Source of the DNA: Candidatus Levyibacteriota bacterium
Lineage (GTDB): Bacteria > Patescibacteriota > Microgenomatia > Levybacterales > UBA12049
Assembly (NCBI GenBank): GCA_016199085.1
Contig: JACQHJ010000003.1
Span: forward strand, 38,676-102,675
Reading direction: 5' to 3'
DNA length: 64,000 bases
Part shown: positions 1 to 9,781 of the stretch, piece by piece
Layout of the letters: each line of letters begins with the position of its first letter
Numbering within the stretch: position 1 is the first letter of the stretch
Program-made: the position numbers and the translations under genes
The notes under the pieces: model-generated
What the model was told of the DNA's origin: nothing
Databases searched by the model: none
The model's input: the letters and a program-made list of their open reading frames with translations, nothing else

Positions 1-689
1 AAGGATATATTCTAACCCTTATGGCTCTTATCGGAACGACAATTACGCCCTGGGGACAGTTTTTTATTCAAGGCTACGTTGTGGATAAAAAGCTTACCAA
101 AGACGATTTAAAGATTGAAAGAGGAGACGTATTTTTTGGCAGCTTTATAACTAACCTGGTAGCTTTCTTTATCATTATAACTACAGCCGGTGCCTTATTT
201 GCCCATGGCATACAAATTTCTGATGCAAAAGACGCTGCCCTTGCCTTAAGACCATTCTTTGGAGAGTTTGCCACCATTCTTTTTGGCTTTGGGCTTTTAA
301 ATGCATCGCTTTTTGGAGCGGCAATTGTTCCTATCAGCACGTCTTATGTTATAACAGAAGCTTTCGGTATGGAATCAGGACTAAACTACAGCTTTAAACA
401 AGCTCCTGAGTTTTACGGACTTTTTGCAATATCCTTGGTTTTAGGCGGACTTTTTGTAATCTTGCCATTCTTCCCGCTTCTGACAATCTTGGTTGTCTCC
501 CAAGCTATTAATGCGGTTTTACTTATTCCTATTTTTATATTCCTCTATTTGCTTTCAAATGACAAAAAAATCTTGGGTGAATACGCAAGCAATAAGGTTA
601 TGAATATAATAGTACTTCTAGCCTTAATGGCTATTTCCGCAACCGCTCTTATCTTTGTTGCAACAACTATTTTTCCAAACATCTTCTAG
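1..689 (+). CDS. Nramp-family divalent metal transporter (MntH-like), 5'-truncated by the window edge; C-terminal TM6-TM11 portion
   Basis: The reading frame is open from the window start. The segment ALIGTTITPWGQFFIQ aligns to the Nramp TM6 signature region (xIGATVMPHNLYLHS), and the remainder is polytopic and hydrophobic. Confidence 0.55.
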   Translation, partial: GYILTLMALIGTTITPWGQFFIQGYVVDKKLTKDDLKIERGDVFFGSFITNLVAFFIIITTAGALFAHGIQISDAKDAALALRPFFGEFATILFGFGLLNASLFGAAIVPISTSYVITEAFGMESGLNYSFKQAPEFYGLFAISLVLGGLFVILPFFPLLTILVVSQAINAVLLIPIFIFLYLLSNDKKILGEYASNKVMNIIVLLALMAISATALIFVATTIFPNIF

Positions 690-2995
690 AGGAGAAACAT
701 TCGAAGGGTATTTAGCCTAATCTTAAAAGGCACACCGGAAGCAAAAAGTTCTGCAATATACTGTCTTTTTCTAATAACTCTTAAGCTGCTGTATGCAGCA
801 ATTACTGCAACTAAAAGCAGAAATAACATTTGTTCTCTGGTTTGTCCTGCAGTAACTTTATCAAAGTTTTTAGAACCTAAAACCTCCGGTGGGTTTTGAG
901 TATTTGTAGAAAGAGTTGCCAGAGTAGTTTTACCAAAGATCTTAAAATTACTTTGAGCTTGTCCTGAAACCATGTGACCATCTGGGCCAACGTTTCCCTC
1001 TGCGAGTGCTACTGCAAAATATTCGCCCGGGAGCGCATTCTTGGAAAGCACTAAGCCTGTTGAAAGCTTTACAGATCTTCCGCCTGGTATGTCACCAATT
1101 TCAAACAAACCTCCTCCCATATTGACTCCGTCTTTAACTAAGAATAGCTTTAGTTTTGTTCCATAAACCTTTCCAGTTCCAAAGTTTTTTATTTTTACAA
1201 AAAATGTTACAGTATCTCCCGGATACACATATTCTCCTACGTTATTTGCTTGCTCAACGGAAAGTAATCCTCCCTCTTCCTGCTTTTGATCACCTTCGTT
1301 ATTTTCACCATCATTTTTACTTGTTAATTGCTCAGTTGTTTGTTCTTCTTCACTCTCTTTATTCAAGGCATCAAACTCTGCTTTTCCCCCAATATCTCCG
1401 GTCCAATCACCAAAAATATTTAAAAAACCAAAAAAACCTACCGAGTTTATAAAATTGGCATTTACAAAATTAATAAGTGAAACAGCGCTGAATGCATTCC
1501 CTGTATTTATATTTCCGTTTCCATTAATAGTGTTTGACCCACTGTTTGCAAGAGAGGTAACGTTATTTTCAACATAGGCACTGTTATAGATGCTTAAATC
1601 TCCGACACACGTTGAGCACCCACCAGATCCAGCAGGTAGAAAACCTCCTAAGGAGAAGAACATTAGACTTGAACCTCCAAGCTGGGCTGCTAGTCCGTTC
1701 CAGCCTATAAAGTTTCCAATCCAATTTCCCAAAAGATTGATAAACAATCCATATATACTTGTGTTGACAAAATTGGCATTAATTAAATTGAGGTTATTGA
1801 CAATAGAAGCAGCATCTCCGCTAACAATACTTCCATTACCATTAATTGTGTTTTCCCCGCTGTTTGCAGCTGAGTCAACGTTATTTACAACAGTGGCGCT
1901 ATTTGTTGCAACCAAAGACATCCCGCAATCACTGCAAGAAGCAGGTGTAAAATCAGGCAAGATTATGTTGCCGTTAAGCTTTCCGAAAACATTTATGGAA
2001 ACAATATGGATTACAGAATTTACAACCGTAAAGTTAACTTTGTTTAAAAGAGAAACTATGGAATATGCATCACCGCTGTTAATGATTGCCTCAACGCCTG
2101 ATACTCCACCGTTTATCGTGTTTCCTCCTGTATTTGCATAGGAAACTACATTGTTGGAAACAAAAGCATAGTTTTGTAGATTTGTAAAAGAAACGTTTAT
2201 TATTTCATCATCAGGGTGTTGTTGAATCATTTGCGATGCAACTTGAAACGGATCAGAAAGGTTTAAGTTTCCGCTTTCATCCACAAAAATATTTATTGTT
2301 TGATAGACAACTTGGGAATTAACAGAGTTTGTGTTAACAGAATTGTCTACTACTGTTTCAGAAAGTGCATCCCCGCTGTCAATTTCTCCACCACCTGCAT
2401 TTTCTACAGGACAAGAGTTATTGTTGTCATCAACTAGAGGCGTTGCCGAAGGGGTTGCAATCTTATTCTCTCCAGTATTACTGTCTGAATTAATATCGTT
2501 TTCTACATCTCCTTCATTGGCAAGACTTATGGAGTTAGAATTTGAATTATCATTGTTATTACTATTCGAGTTTTCTGTTTGATTATCTGTACTTTCCAGT
2601 TCTGCAGACTCCGTAGCTTGTTCCTCTTGGGGTGTGGGATCAGGAGTTGGGGAAACTTCCTCAGTTGTTGACTGCTCGGTTGGTGATTGTTCATCTGTTG
2701 CATCTTGCGTAGAATCATCTGTTGAATCTGTATTTTCCTCTGGAACAGGAGTTGGATTAATAGTATTATCCCCTGTATCAGATGTTGTTTGTACATCATT
2801 TTCAACTGTACCATCGTTAGTTTCTGTTGTTGCAGAAGTTTCAGAAGTTGGTGTTTCTTCTGTTACAGTTGGCTGTGGGTCCGGTGGTGTTTCATCTGCA
2901 AATACGACAGCAGGTATAACGCTTTGATATAGCATCAAAAATACTATTAAAAGTATTGCCAAACATTTTTTAAATTTTTCTATTTTCCCTGTCAT
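686..2995 (-). CDS. Large secreted repeat-containing surface protein (769 aa). It has an N-terminal signal peptide, a T/S/E/D-rich low-complexity region, three or more N/S/G-rich repeats (consensus V.NNV.S.ANSG.NTINGNG...SG.A.S.V.L...VN.NF), a CSTCVG motif, a DUF11/CARDB-like beta domain and a C-terminal hydrophobic anchor followed by basic residues
   Basis: The translation shows a signal-peptide-like N-terminus, internal repeats visible by eye, and a C-terminal LFLLLVAVIAAY TM segment followed by RKRQ. A sortase gene lies nearby. Confidence 0.6.
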   Translation of the reverse strand: MTGKIEKFKKCLAILLIVFLMLYQSVIPAVVFADETPPDPQPTVTEETPTSETSATTETNDGTVENDVQTTSDTGDNTINPTPVPEENTDSTDDSTQDATDEQSPTEQSTTEEVSPTPDPTPQEEQATESAELESTDNQTENSNSNNNDNSNSNSISLANEGDVENDINSDSNTGENKIATPSATPLVDDNNNSCPVENAGGGEIDSGDALSETVVDNSVNTNSVNSQVVYQTINIFVDESGNLNLSDPFQVASQMIQQHPDDEIINVSFTNLQNYAFVSNNVVSYANTGGNTINGGVSGVEAIINSGDAYSIVSLLNKVNFTVVNSVIHIVSINVFGKLNGNIILPDFTPASCSDCGMSLVATNSATVVNNVDSAANSGENTINGNGSIVSGDAASIVNNLNLINANFVNTSIYGLFINLLGNWIGNFIGWNGLAAQLGGSSLMFFSLGGFLPAGSGGCSTCVGDLSIYNSAYVENNVTSLANSGSNTINGNGNINTGNAFSAVSLINFVNANFINSVGFFGFLNIFGDWTGDIGGKAEFDALNKESEEEQTTEQLTSKNDGENNEGDQKQEEGGLLSVEQANNVGEYVYPGDTVTFFVKIKNFGTGKVYGTKLKLFLVKDGVNMGGGLFEIGDIPGGRSVKLSTGLVLSKNALPGEYFAVALAEGNVGPDGHMVSGQAQSNFKIFGKTTLATLSTNTQNPPEVLGSKNFDKVTAGQTREQMLFLLLVAVIAAYSSLRVIRKRQYIAELFASGVPFKIRLNTLRMFLL

Positions 2996-3096
2996 ATTTT
3001 TTACCTTTCATTTTTCCTTTATTTTTATTTCCTTTCCTCTGTCCAGGGGGAGAGCCCTAAAGTTTGTTGCCCTCCCCAAGGACAAAAAGAAATACT

Positions 3097-3588
3097 TTAG
3101 TTGGGACCAACCTGGTTGTAGTTGACTATACTGTCAACGACTGACACAGAGCTTGCTACTCCAGTTTTTGTACCCTGAAGTAGAACTAAACCTCCAGCGT
3201 TAAGGTTCCCACCTGTGTTTGCATTGGTGTGAACATGGTTGTAAACAAATCCGACATTTCTCTGTTCAATGTCCCCATTTGAAACTCCCAAGTTTACGGC
3301 ACTACCCGCACATCCACAAGTTACTAAATTTGTATTTAGTTGTGTTGAAACTAGTGATGCAGATGATGCGCTTCCGCTATTGATTCCTTGAACACCCGCT
3401 GCGAGAGCGAAGTTAGCGTTTCTTCCGCTGTTTGCACTGGTGTGAACACTGTTTACCACACCTCCAAAGTTGGATTGTTCAATGTCTCCATTTCCAACTC
3501 CAACATTGACTGTTAAAGCTAAGGCAGGAACTGCAGATCCAAATAGTAAAGCTGCTGTTGCTCCTGCTACTGCTAATCTTTTAAACAT
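3097..3588 (-). CDS. Small secreted protein with two copies of the same ANSG-type repeat seen in the 769-aa protein
   Basis: Signal peptide MFKRLAVAGATAALLFGSAVPALA. The repeats VVNSVHTSANSGRN... and VYNHVHTNANTGGN... resemble those in ORF 686..2995. Confidence 0.55.
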   Translation of the reverse strand: MFKRLAVAGATAALLFGSAVPALALTVNVGVGNGDIEQSNFGGVVNSVHTSANSGRNANFALAAGVQGINSGSASSASLVSTQLNTNLVTCGCAGSAVNLGVSNGDIEQRNVGFVYNHVHTNANTGGNLNAGGLVLLQGTKTGVASSVSVVDSIVNYNQVGPN

Positions 3589-3895
3589 TTATATTCACCT
3601 CCTTTCATTTGGGATTATCAATCATTAAATTTAGAGATTGATTGCAACCTGAGGAAAAATTTGAAGAAAATAATTTATCCATAACCTGCCTACGCATCCT
3701 ATAACTTTTTTGAACATTATATGTTACAAAGATTTTTAAACCTTTTTTTATTGATAAGCTAAGGTTTTTAATCATTAATACAAACAAAAAAGGCACCTTT
3801 AATTAATCTTTATTAATTAAGGCGCCTCCGTTTACGGTCAGCGAATATCTATTTTTATAATAATTTCACAAAATTTGTCAAGATATCAATTTAAT

Positions 3896-4063
3896 TTACT
3901 TGGCATTATTAGGCTTCTTTATGTTTTTTTCTGTAATTTGGGTTACTTTAAAATCCTGAATAAAAATTTCTACGCTTCCCCAACCCTTAACGCTTTGGAT
4001 AGAAGATAAAACCTCTTGTTTTAGTTTATCCGATAAGTTCTTTGTGGAATATTGATTAGCCAT
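3896..4063 (-). CDS. Small DUF2292/YezD-like protein (55 aa); not present in the supplied ORF track because it is under 60 aa
   Basis: Manual translation gives MANQYSTKNLSDKLKQEVLSSIQSVKGWGSVEIFIQDFKVTQITEKNIKKPNNAK. The G.GSVEI.IQD.KV.QI segment is the core of the YezD family. Confidence 0.35.
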   Translation of the reverse strand: MANQYSTKNLSDKLKQEVLSSIQSVKGWGSVEIFIQDFKVTQITEKNIKKPNNAK

Positions 4064-4251
4064 AAAAAAAATCCGCTTAGGGCAGATTCGATTGAAATAT
4101 AAACCTTTTCGATAGGTTTGTCAAGGATAACAATGCTGTAAAATAAAACCAACTCTCTTGAATTCTAATTGAGAGTTGGTTTTAAGAATTGCAATTACAG
4201 GATATTTCCTGAATCTTACGGTAAGACATCTATTTGATTTAGCCCTATATT

Positions 4252-4755
4252 TTAATGAGAAAAATATGCACCATACCCATTAGGTGTCGCATTGGCAAAC
4301 CAGAAATGTCCAGGACCCAAGCTTGGATCCATACCTTGATCCATTAATACTGCAAATTGTCCCCAAATGCAGTACCCACCATTTGGTAATGGTGTGTAAT
4401 CTGCTCCGCAAGAACCAACCCAAACAATTTTATAGTGCCAGATGGAACCAGATCCACCCTTTTTACCATTCCACTCATTGTCAGTCCAAGCGTTATAAGG
4501 TGGATTGCTCCAGTTTTCATCATTTCCCCTATCCCATTCGGCGTTCCATTTCATTACAAGTTTATCAGGGGAATAGATTCCCACGCAATTTGCTGCTTGA
4601 CCACCTGCTAGACACCAGCTTGAACCTGTTCCGTTAAAAATTCTGGCTGTATCATTATAACCATATTGGTCAAAACCACCTGCTGCAAAAGCGGACGAAG
4701 CAAAAAGTAAAATTGCAATAGACAAGATTCCAAATAGAGAAAGTTTCTTAAACAT
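4252..4755 (-). CDS. Secreted Trp-rich hypothetical protein with signal peptide
   Basis: N-terminal MFKKLSLFGILSIAILLFASSAFA. The protein is W/G/N-rich, and I recognised no family. Confidence 0.45.
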   Translation of the reverse strand: MFKKLSLFGILSIAILLFASSAFAAGGFDQYGYNDTARIFNGTGSSWCLAGGQAANCVGIYSPDKLVMKWNAEWDRGNDENWSNPPYNAWTDNEWNGKKGGSGSIWHYKIVWVGSCGADYTPLPNGGYCIWGQFAVLMDQGMDPSLGPGHFWFANATPNGYGAYFSH

Positions 4756-4774
4756 TTATTTCACCTCCTTCCAT

Positions 4775-5182
4775 TTATAAATTATTAAATATTCTTTTTA
4801 TAAGATTACTTAAAGTTTCAATAAAACTTTGAATAAAAGATTTCTTGGATAAATTTTCTTTTTGATCATCAACATCAGGCGTAGGAGTTGCTGAATGTGT
4901 AGCAGATTTTGTTGGAGTTGGCTTAACATTAGAAGAATTATCGGAATTAGACTCAACTTTTAATTCGTAAGTTCCGGGACTATCTGCATCCAAGACTTTC
5001 TTCTCCCCATTTGCCTCCACTTCTATATGAGTTTGTACGCTTCCATTTCCCTGAATATTTGTTTCAACTTTAGAATATGAAGAAGCATCACCAGTTTGGA
5101 TATACTGAGAAAAAACCCCAGGTGTAACTAAGAGAAAGAGTAATGAAAAGAAAAGTGTGGTTATTAACGCCCGCCTTTTCAT
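4775..5182 (-). CDS. Secreted hypothetical protein with signal peptide
   Basis: Signal-peptide-like N-terminus. It sits inside the sortase locus. Confidence 0.4.
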   Translation of the reverse strand: MKRRALITTLFFSLLFLLVTPGVFSQYIQTGDASSYSKVETNIQGNGSVQTHIEVEANGEKKVLDADSPGTYELKVESNSDNSSNVKPTPTKSATHSATPTPDVDDQKENLSKKSFIQSFIETLSNLIKRIFNNL

Positions 5183-5221
5183 ATGTTACTTTTTACTCCA
5201 ATATCAAATTTTTGTCAAATT

Positions 5222-5824
5222 TTAGCCTGAAGGGACTGCTGTTACAATTAATCTTTTTTCATCATAAAAACCACTACAGGTATATAGAGTCAGGGTCTCA
5301 TCTTTGGTAGGCTTAATAACTTCAATATTATTTGGATAAACTGCTGTTATTTTATTTACTTTATACCTAAACCATTTATCTTTTGTAAACACATAGATTG
5401 TGTCTCCGAGTTTTACATCTTTTAAGTTTAAAAATAAACCTTCCCTTGCATGCGCAAAAATAACGGTGTTTGACTTATTCCTTGGATTTCCGCTTCCTAA
5501 TCCATAAGAGGCTGTAGTTTCAGAAAGTTCCCAATATCCCTTAACTACTTTTGAGGGAGTTACTTTTAAGTCAATATCTGCCTTTGGGATAAGAATTCTC
5601 ACGGGAATATTTTTGGTTTCTTTTGATTCTAAAAGCTTTTCATTTATAACAATTGGGCTTTTTTCTAAGTTTTTTGAAATTGGAAGTTTATAAGTTAAAA
5701 CAATAAGTGAGGAAAGGATCAGTAAAAGACCCACTAGTTTATATAACAATGGGTGTGAAAAAATATTTTTCTTTGCCTTTTGAAGTTTTTTCAAAAAGGA
5801 GAATCTTTTCTTTGCCTTAGGCAT
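5222..5824 (-). CDS. Sortase family transpeptidase
   Basis: An N-terminal membrane anchor is followed by the catalytic His context IFAHA, the TLxTC motif (TLTLYTCSG) and a downstream conserved Arg (KRLIVTA). Confidence 0.85.
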   Translation of the reverse strand: MPKAKKRFSFLKKLQKAKKNIFSHPLLYKLVGLLLILSSLIVLTYKLPISKNLEKSPIVINEKLLESKETKNIPVRILIPKADIDLKVTPSKVVKGYWELSETTASYGLGSGNPRNKSNTVIFAHAREGLFLNLKDVKLGDTIYVFTKDKWFRYKVNKITAVYPNNIEVIKPTKDETLTLYTCSGFYDEKRLIVTAVPSG

Positions 5825-6284
5825 GTTTTTTGAAAAGTTTAAGACCTAAAATGCTTAAGGAAAGTGCTGCCAGAAGTTGTCCAAATTCAATAAGCATATT
5901 ATTACCGGATCCTGCTGCTGAAAGCCCAAGTACCGCTTGCGTAGGTCCTGATGGAGCACTTGCTCCTCCGTCTGATCTTCCATCGCCTGGTCCTCCACCA
6001 TTTCCACCTCCACCTGGAGTTGTAGTGGGAGTAGGGGTTGGTGCTCCTGTTGTTGGAGTTGGTGTAGGAGTTTCTTGTCCCGGAGTAGGAGTGACTGACG
6101 GCTGTGGTGTGGGAGTACAATCGCAATCTTTTATATTTGTATTTAGCTGGGTCTCTACAACCGTTGTGCTTGTCGCATCTCCTGTAGTTGTTTGCTGATT
6201 CCCTTGGGCAAAAACATCATGGGAAATAAAGGTGAATAAGGAAAGAGCAAAAACTAATATAAATATTTGTGATAAATTCTTCAT
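5817..6284 (-). CDS. Putative sortase substrate: a secreted Pro/Thr-rich protein with a C-terminal hydrophobic segment and a basic tail (…LSAAGSGNNMLIEFGQLLAALSLSILGLKLFKKHA)
   Basis: The likely true start is MKNLSQIFILVFALSLFTFISHDVFA (ATG at 6284). A PT-rich linker is followed by a C-terminal TM and KKHA. The gene overlaps the sortase gene by 8 nt. No canonical LPXTG is present. Confidence 0.55.
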   Translation of the reverse strand: MKNLSQIFILVFALSLFTFISHDVFAQGNQQTTTGDATSTTVVETQLNTNIKDCDCTPTPQPSVTPTPGQETPTPTPTTGAPTPTPTTTPGGGGNGGGPGDGRSDGGASAPSGPTQAVLGLSAAGSGNNMLIEFGQLLAALSLSILGLKLFKKHA

Positions 6285-6330
6285 TTTTAGATTGAGGCAG
6301 TTGAGGCAGTAAGTTTGGCAATTATATGAC

Positions 6331-7479
6331 TTATAAACTAGCTTTGTCAACTGCTAATTTATTAACGTTTATTCCAACGGCTTGTTTCACATTTTTATAC
6401 CCATCTTTTTTTAACAAACCTATCAGTTCCGAGTTAATAAGTGCCGCAGCAGCCGGTCCTTCAAAAATTAATCCTGTAATAAATTGCACAAGAGATGCTC
6501 CCAGTTTTATTTTGTGATATGCGTCTTGCCCGTTAAATACTCCACCGCAGCCAATGATAATTAATTTATCTTTGTAGTTTTTATATGCAAGTTCAATAAG
6601 ACGATTTGAGTCTTCCCAGGTCGGCTTTCCACTGAAATTTCCCACAGGATATTTCGCAGTTTCATTTTTGTCCAAAGTTTTATTATTTCTGTTTTTCTGA
6701 AGGTTTCCAAAAATTACACCATCCATTTTGTTTTTGGAAATAACGTCAAGCAAAGACAGCGCTTCTTTGTCGTTTTTATCAATCGGCATTTTGACAAAAA
6801 TTGGTTTTTTAATATTTAAAGCTTTAATCTTTGTTAAAAGCTCGTCAAGTTTATCAGGATCATAAAAAGTAACCTTTGTATTTAGGTTTGGGCAACTGAT
6901 ATTTAATTCGTAATATTTTGTTTTTAAATCGAATTCTTCGGCTTTTTTAAATGCCGTAACAATATCTTCTACCGCGCTTTCCTGAGTAAACTTTCCCGTA
7001 TTTGTTTGCCCAATGCTAATACCGATTGGAATTTGGAAGTTATAATTTTTAAGCTTATTGCCTACTGCATCAATTCCGTTATTTTTAAATCCTTTGTTAA
7101 CCATTAAGGATTTTGATTTCAAAAGCCTCGCAAGCCTTGGTTTTGGGTTTCCTTCAAAGGCATGGTTTGTAATAGTTCCAACTGTTCCAAAACCAAAACC
7201 TATTGATGGAAGAATCTGCGTAAGAGAGGCGGTATAATCAAATCCTGCAGCAAGACCTATTGGATTTTCAAAAGTTATTCCTTTTATGTTTTGCGAAAGA
7301 ATCGGAGATTTAATATTAAAAATAAAAAAAGCTAGCTTTCTGGTAAGCAGGGTTTTCCCTAAAATCTCTCCATATCTTACTAAAAGATTATGGATTAATT
7401 CGCTGTTAAATAGAAAAATTACCTTAGTTAAAAGATGTTTATAAATATAGTTATAAAACCTAAGCCAGTATTTTTTCAT
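6331..7479 (-). CDS. pyrD: Dihydroorotate dehydrogenase, membrane-anchored quinone-dependent type (class 2)
   Basis: NPIGLAAGFD, FGFGTVGTIT...GNPKPRLARL and ELNISCPN motifs, plus an N-terminal hydrophobic anchor. Confidence 0.8.
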   Translation of the reverse strand: MKKYWLRFYNYIYKHLLTKVIFLFNSELIHNLLVRYGEILGKTLLTRKLAFFIFNIKSPILSQNIKGITFENPIGLAAGFDYTASLTQILPSIGFGFGTVGTITNHAFEGNPKPRLARLLKSKSLMVNKGFKNNGIDAVGNKLKNYNFQIPIGISIGQTNTGKFTQESAVEDIVTAFKKAEEFDLKTKYYELNISCPNLNTKVTFYDPDKLDELLTKIKALNIKKPIFVKMPIDKNDKEALSLLDVISKNKMDGVIFGNLQKNRNNKTLDKNETAKYPVGNFSGKPTWEDSNRLIELAYKNYKDKLIIIGCGGVFNGQDAYHKIKLGASLVQFITGLIFEGPAAAALINSELIGLLKKDGYKNVKQAVGINVNKLAVDKASL

Positions 7480-7890
7480 TTAAACTTTTGGGGCAGGCTC
7501 TTTCTTAAAATCCAGGGCGCAAGAATTTATACAATATCTAAGACCCGTTGTTTCCTTGGGACCATCATTGAATAAATGTCCCAAATGCGATCCGCAATTT
7601 TTACAAACTACCTCAGTCCTTTTCATACCATAGCTTTCGTCATCTTGTAAAAGAATATTTTCCCTGTTAACTGGATTATCAAAGCTTGGCCATCCTGTTC
7701 CTGAATCAAATTTTGTTTCCGAAGAAAAAAGAGACTGTCCACAAGCTGCACAAATATACATTCCGGTTTCATGGTTGTCGTAAAGGTTTCCACTAAAAGC
7801 AGGTTCAGTTCCTTTTTCTCTTAAGACATGGTAAGCTTTAGGCGTAAGCTTTTTCCTCCAGTCTTCTTCTGACATGATTTTGGGGTTCAT
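7480..7890 (-). CDS. msrB: Peptide-methionine (R)-S-oxide reductase MsrB
   Basis: CxxC...GWPSF...[21 protein letters not shown]...GLRYCINS, which is the SelR/MsrB signature. Confidence 0.9.
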   Translation of the reverse strand: MNPKIMSEEDWRKKLTPKAYHVLREKGTEPAFSGNLYDNHETGMYICAACGQSLFSSETKFDSGTGWPSFDNPVNRENILLQDDESYGMKRTEVVCKNCGSHLGHLFNDGPKETTGLRYCINSCALDFKKEPAPKV

Positions 7891-7906
7891 ATGTGTATTA
7901 TACCAA

Positions 7907-8938
7907 TCATGACAATTTTTTAAAAATTTTAATCTTATTTAAAACAAAAACTATAAATATTGAAGGAAAGAATATCACTACAAATTGAAGTACCGGATTT
8001 TGCAGAATTACGTTTTGTTTTGCTAAAACTAAAACCAGATCCAAAATTATAAAATGGATAAAAAAGATAGCGTAAGAATTTTTACTTATATATAAGTACA
8101 TTTGCTTTAGAACTGCATTTTGCCAAAACCTTAGCTTTCCTATTAACAGAGAAAAACAGGTTAAAGAAAGTCCAAAAAACAAATAGTAAAAATCTGGAGG
8201 ATATTTATGATCATAAAAGTTTAACGATTTACCAAACTTCATGTTTAGAAAATAAAATCCTAAATATAAAAGAAAGAATATTAAGCCAAATATGAAATAT
8301 CTCTTATTTGTCATGAATCCGTTTTCATCATGTTTTCCTTTTAAAGATATAAAAATTGAAAATATTAAAACCAATGACCAGGGAGCTAACATTGTAAAAC
8401 GGTATAAGGAATATGGTGAACCATAAAAAGTAAAAAATAGAGTTATAAAACCAGATAATAAAAGATAACCAGTCATAAACCATTTATTCTTGAAGAAATT
8501 TATAAAGATTGGGAAAAGTAACGTTAGCTCGACAAACAATATTACAAGAAAGTTGTAATTTGTTCCCCCTATTAAAAGTGCCGATTTTGCAATATAGGAG
8601 AGGTCTCTCGAAAGACCCAAGCCTGCAAATAGATTTGGAAAAAGAGTCCAAGGCCCCAAATGAACACCAAGATAAATATAGAAAGGTACTAGAAGCCTTA
8701 TTAATCTTTTCTTGTACCAGGTAAAAGTATTAGATATAGATGTAAATGCATTCTCATAGATTGAGGCGAGAACAAAACCTGAAGCAAAAACAAAAGATAT
8801 TACAAAAAATTGAAGATTGTTCCAAAGAAAAATATTAAAGGGATTTGTGAGACTTCGTGTAAGGATGTGAATTAGAATGACTGCAATAATTCCGAAAGCT
8901 CGCAGAATATCTACCTCGTCAAATCTTTTTCTCTCCAC
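7907..8938 (-). CDS. Acyltransferase family 3 (OafA-like) membrane protein
   Basis: Polytopic membrane protein. The N-terminal [15 protein letters not shown] matches the acyltransferase_3 R/H motif. Confidence 0.55.
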   Translation of the reverse strand: MERKRFDEVDILRAFGIIAVILIHILTRSLTNPFNIFLWNNLQFFVISFVFASGFVLASIYENAFTSISNTFTWYKKRLIRLLVPFYIYLGVHLGPWTLFPNLFAGLGLSRDLSYIAKSALLIGGTNYNFLVILFVELTLLFPIFINFFKNKWFMTGYLLLSGFITLFFTFYGSPYSLYRFTMLAPWSLVLIFSIFISLKGKHDENGFMTNKRYFIFGLIFFLLYLGFYFLNMKFGKSLNFYDHKYPPDFYYLFFGLSLTCFSLLIGKLRFWQNAVLKQMYLYISKNSYAIFFIHFIILDLVLVLAKQNVILQNPVLQFVVIFFPSIFIVFVLNKIKIFKKLS

Positions 8939-8952
8939 ATTTTTATTATACG

Positions 8953-9744
8953 CTATGATCCTGAAATAGCATATCTTGGATAATCAACTACATATACACC
9001 AAGTATTGCTCTTTCTCTGGCAGCATTTCCGAAAGGCAAAGTTAATGTTCTTGACTGTAAGGCACTTTTTCCATTATCTTTTGCAATTTGAGGTTGCATG
9101 GGATTAACTTGCACTTGGTCTTTATCATAAACGACAAGAGCAGGATGGATTAAAACTCTTTGTTCTGGATTAACCCTTGCTCTTGCATGAGAGGCTTTCC
9201 CGTACATTTCAGGAATAGACATTAAATTCTGGTCTGCAAGAGAGACACCGCTCCTTGTAACATCAACGACTGCTGGAGTTGGAGTGTCGGAAACCGTGGG
9301 AGAAGCAAGCCTCCAGACGGGTTTAACGTCATAAGATGGCCTGCCGTCTGATTCGGGTACTTCAATTCTTGGGCCAACAGAACAGGCAACACCCTGCAAT
9401 ACTATTTCTCTTCCTCTAAAATCTGGCTCGAGAGCTTTTAATAAGGGCGTCATTGCGGCAAACCTTGTTATCCTGTCCAGATCACGAGTTAAATTCGTCC
9501 CTTCACATGGACGACCCACTCGCAAAAAATATCTGTATCTTTCATCTGAGGGCATCTGGGCACCTACATATCTAACCCTTGAGCCCTGAATTGAAGCTAT
9601 AAATCTATCCGAAGGAGCTTGGAAATATCTTGCAAGAATTTCCCCATCAGAAACGACATGGGTATCCTTTCCTAAAAGCCTATTAAGCAAACTCTTTCTT
9701 GCAGGTCCTGTTGCTAGGCTAACACCATTTTCAGTCTTTGTCAT
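8953..9744 (-). CDS. Hypothetical protein; GC content visibly higher than its neighbours
   Basis: Long ORF of about 45% GC set in DNA of about 33% GC. I recognised no motifs. Confidence 0.4.
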   Translation of the reverse strand: MTKTENGVSLATGPARKSLLNRLLGKDTHVVSDGEILARYFQAPSDRFIASIQGSRVRYVGAQMPSDERYRYFLRVGRPCEGTNLTRDLDRITRFAAMTPLLKALEPDFRGREIVLQGVACSVGPRIEVPESDGRPSYDVKPVWRLASPTVSDTPTPAVVDVTRSGVSLADQNLMSIPEMYGKASHARARVNPEQRVLIHPALVVYDKDQVQVNPMQPQIAKDNGKSALQSRTLTLPFGNAARERAILGVYVVDYPRYAISGS

Positions 9745-9781
9745 ATCGGGTATTTTACATTATCCTATAGCCATTATCAAG

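Noticed and set aside
1156-2927. Plus-strand ORFs 1156-1452, 1590-2141, 2331-2582 and 2634-2927, plus the minus-strand ORF 2527-2814, all overlapping the 769-aa gene
   Set aside because: They are fully embedded in a long coherent minus-strand gene and have low-complexity translations. They are shadow ORFs.
5830-6198. ORFs 5830-6198 (+) and 5902-6126 (-) inside the PT-rich sortase-substrate gene
   Set aside because: They are the result of repetitive Pro/Thr codons read in other frames.
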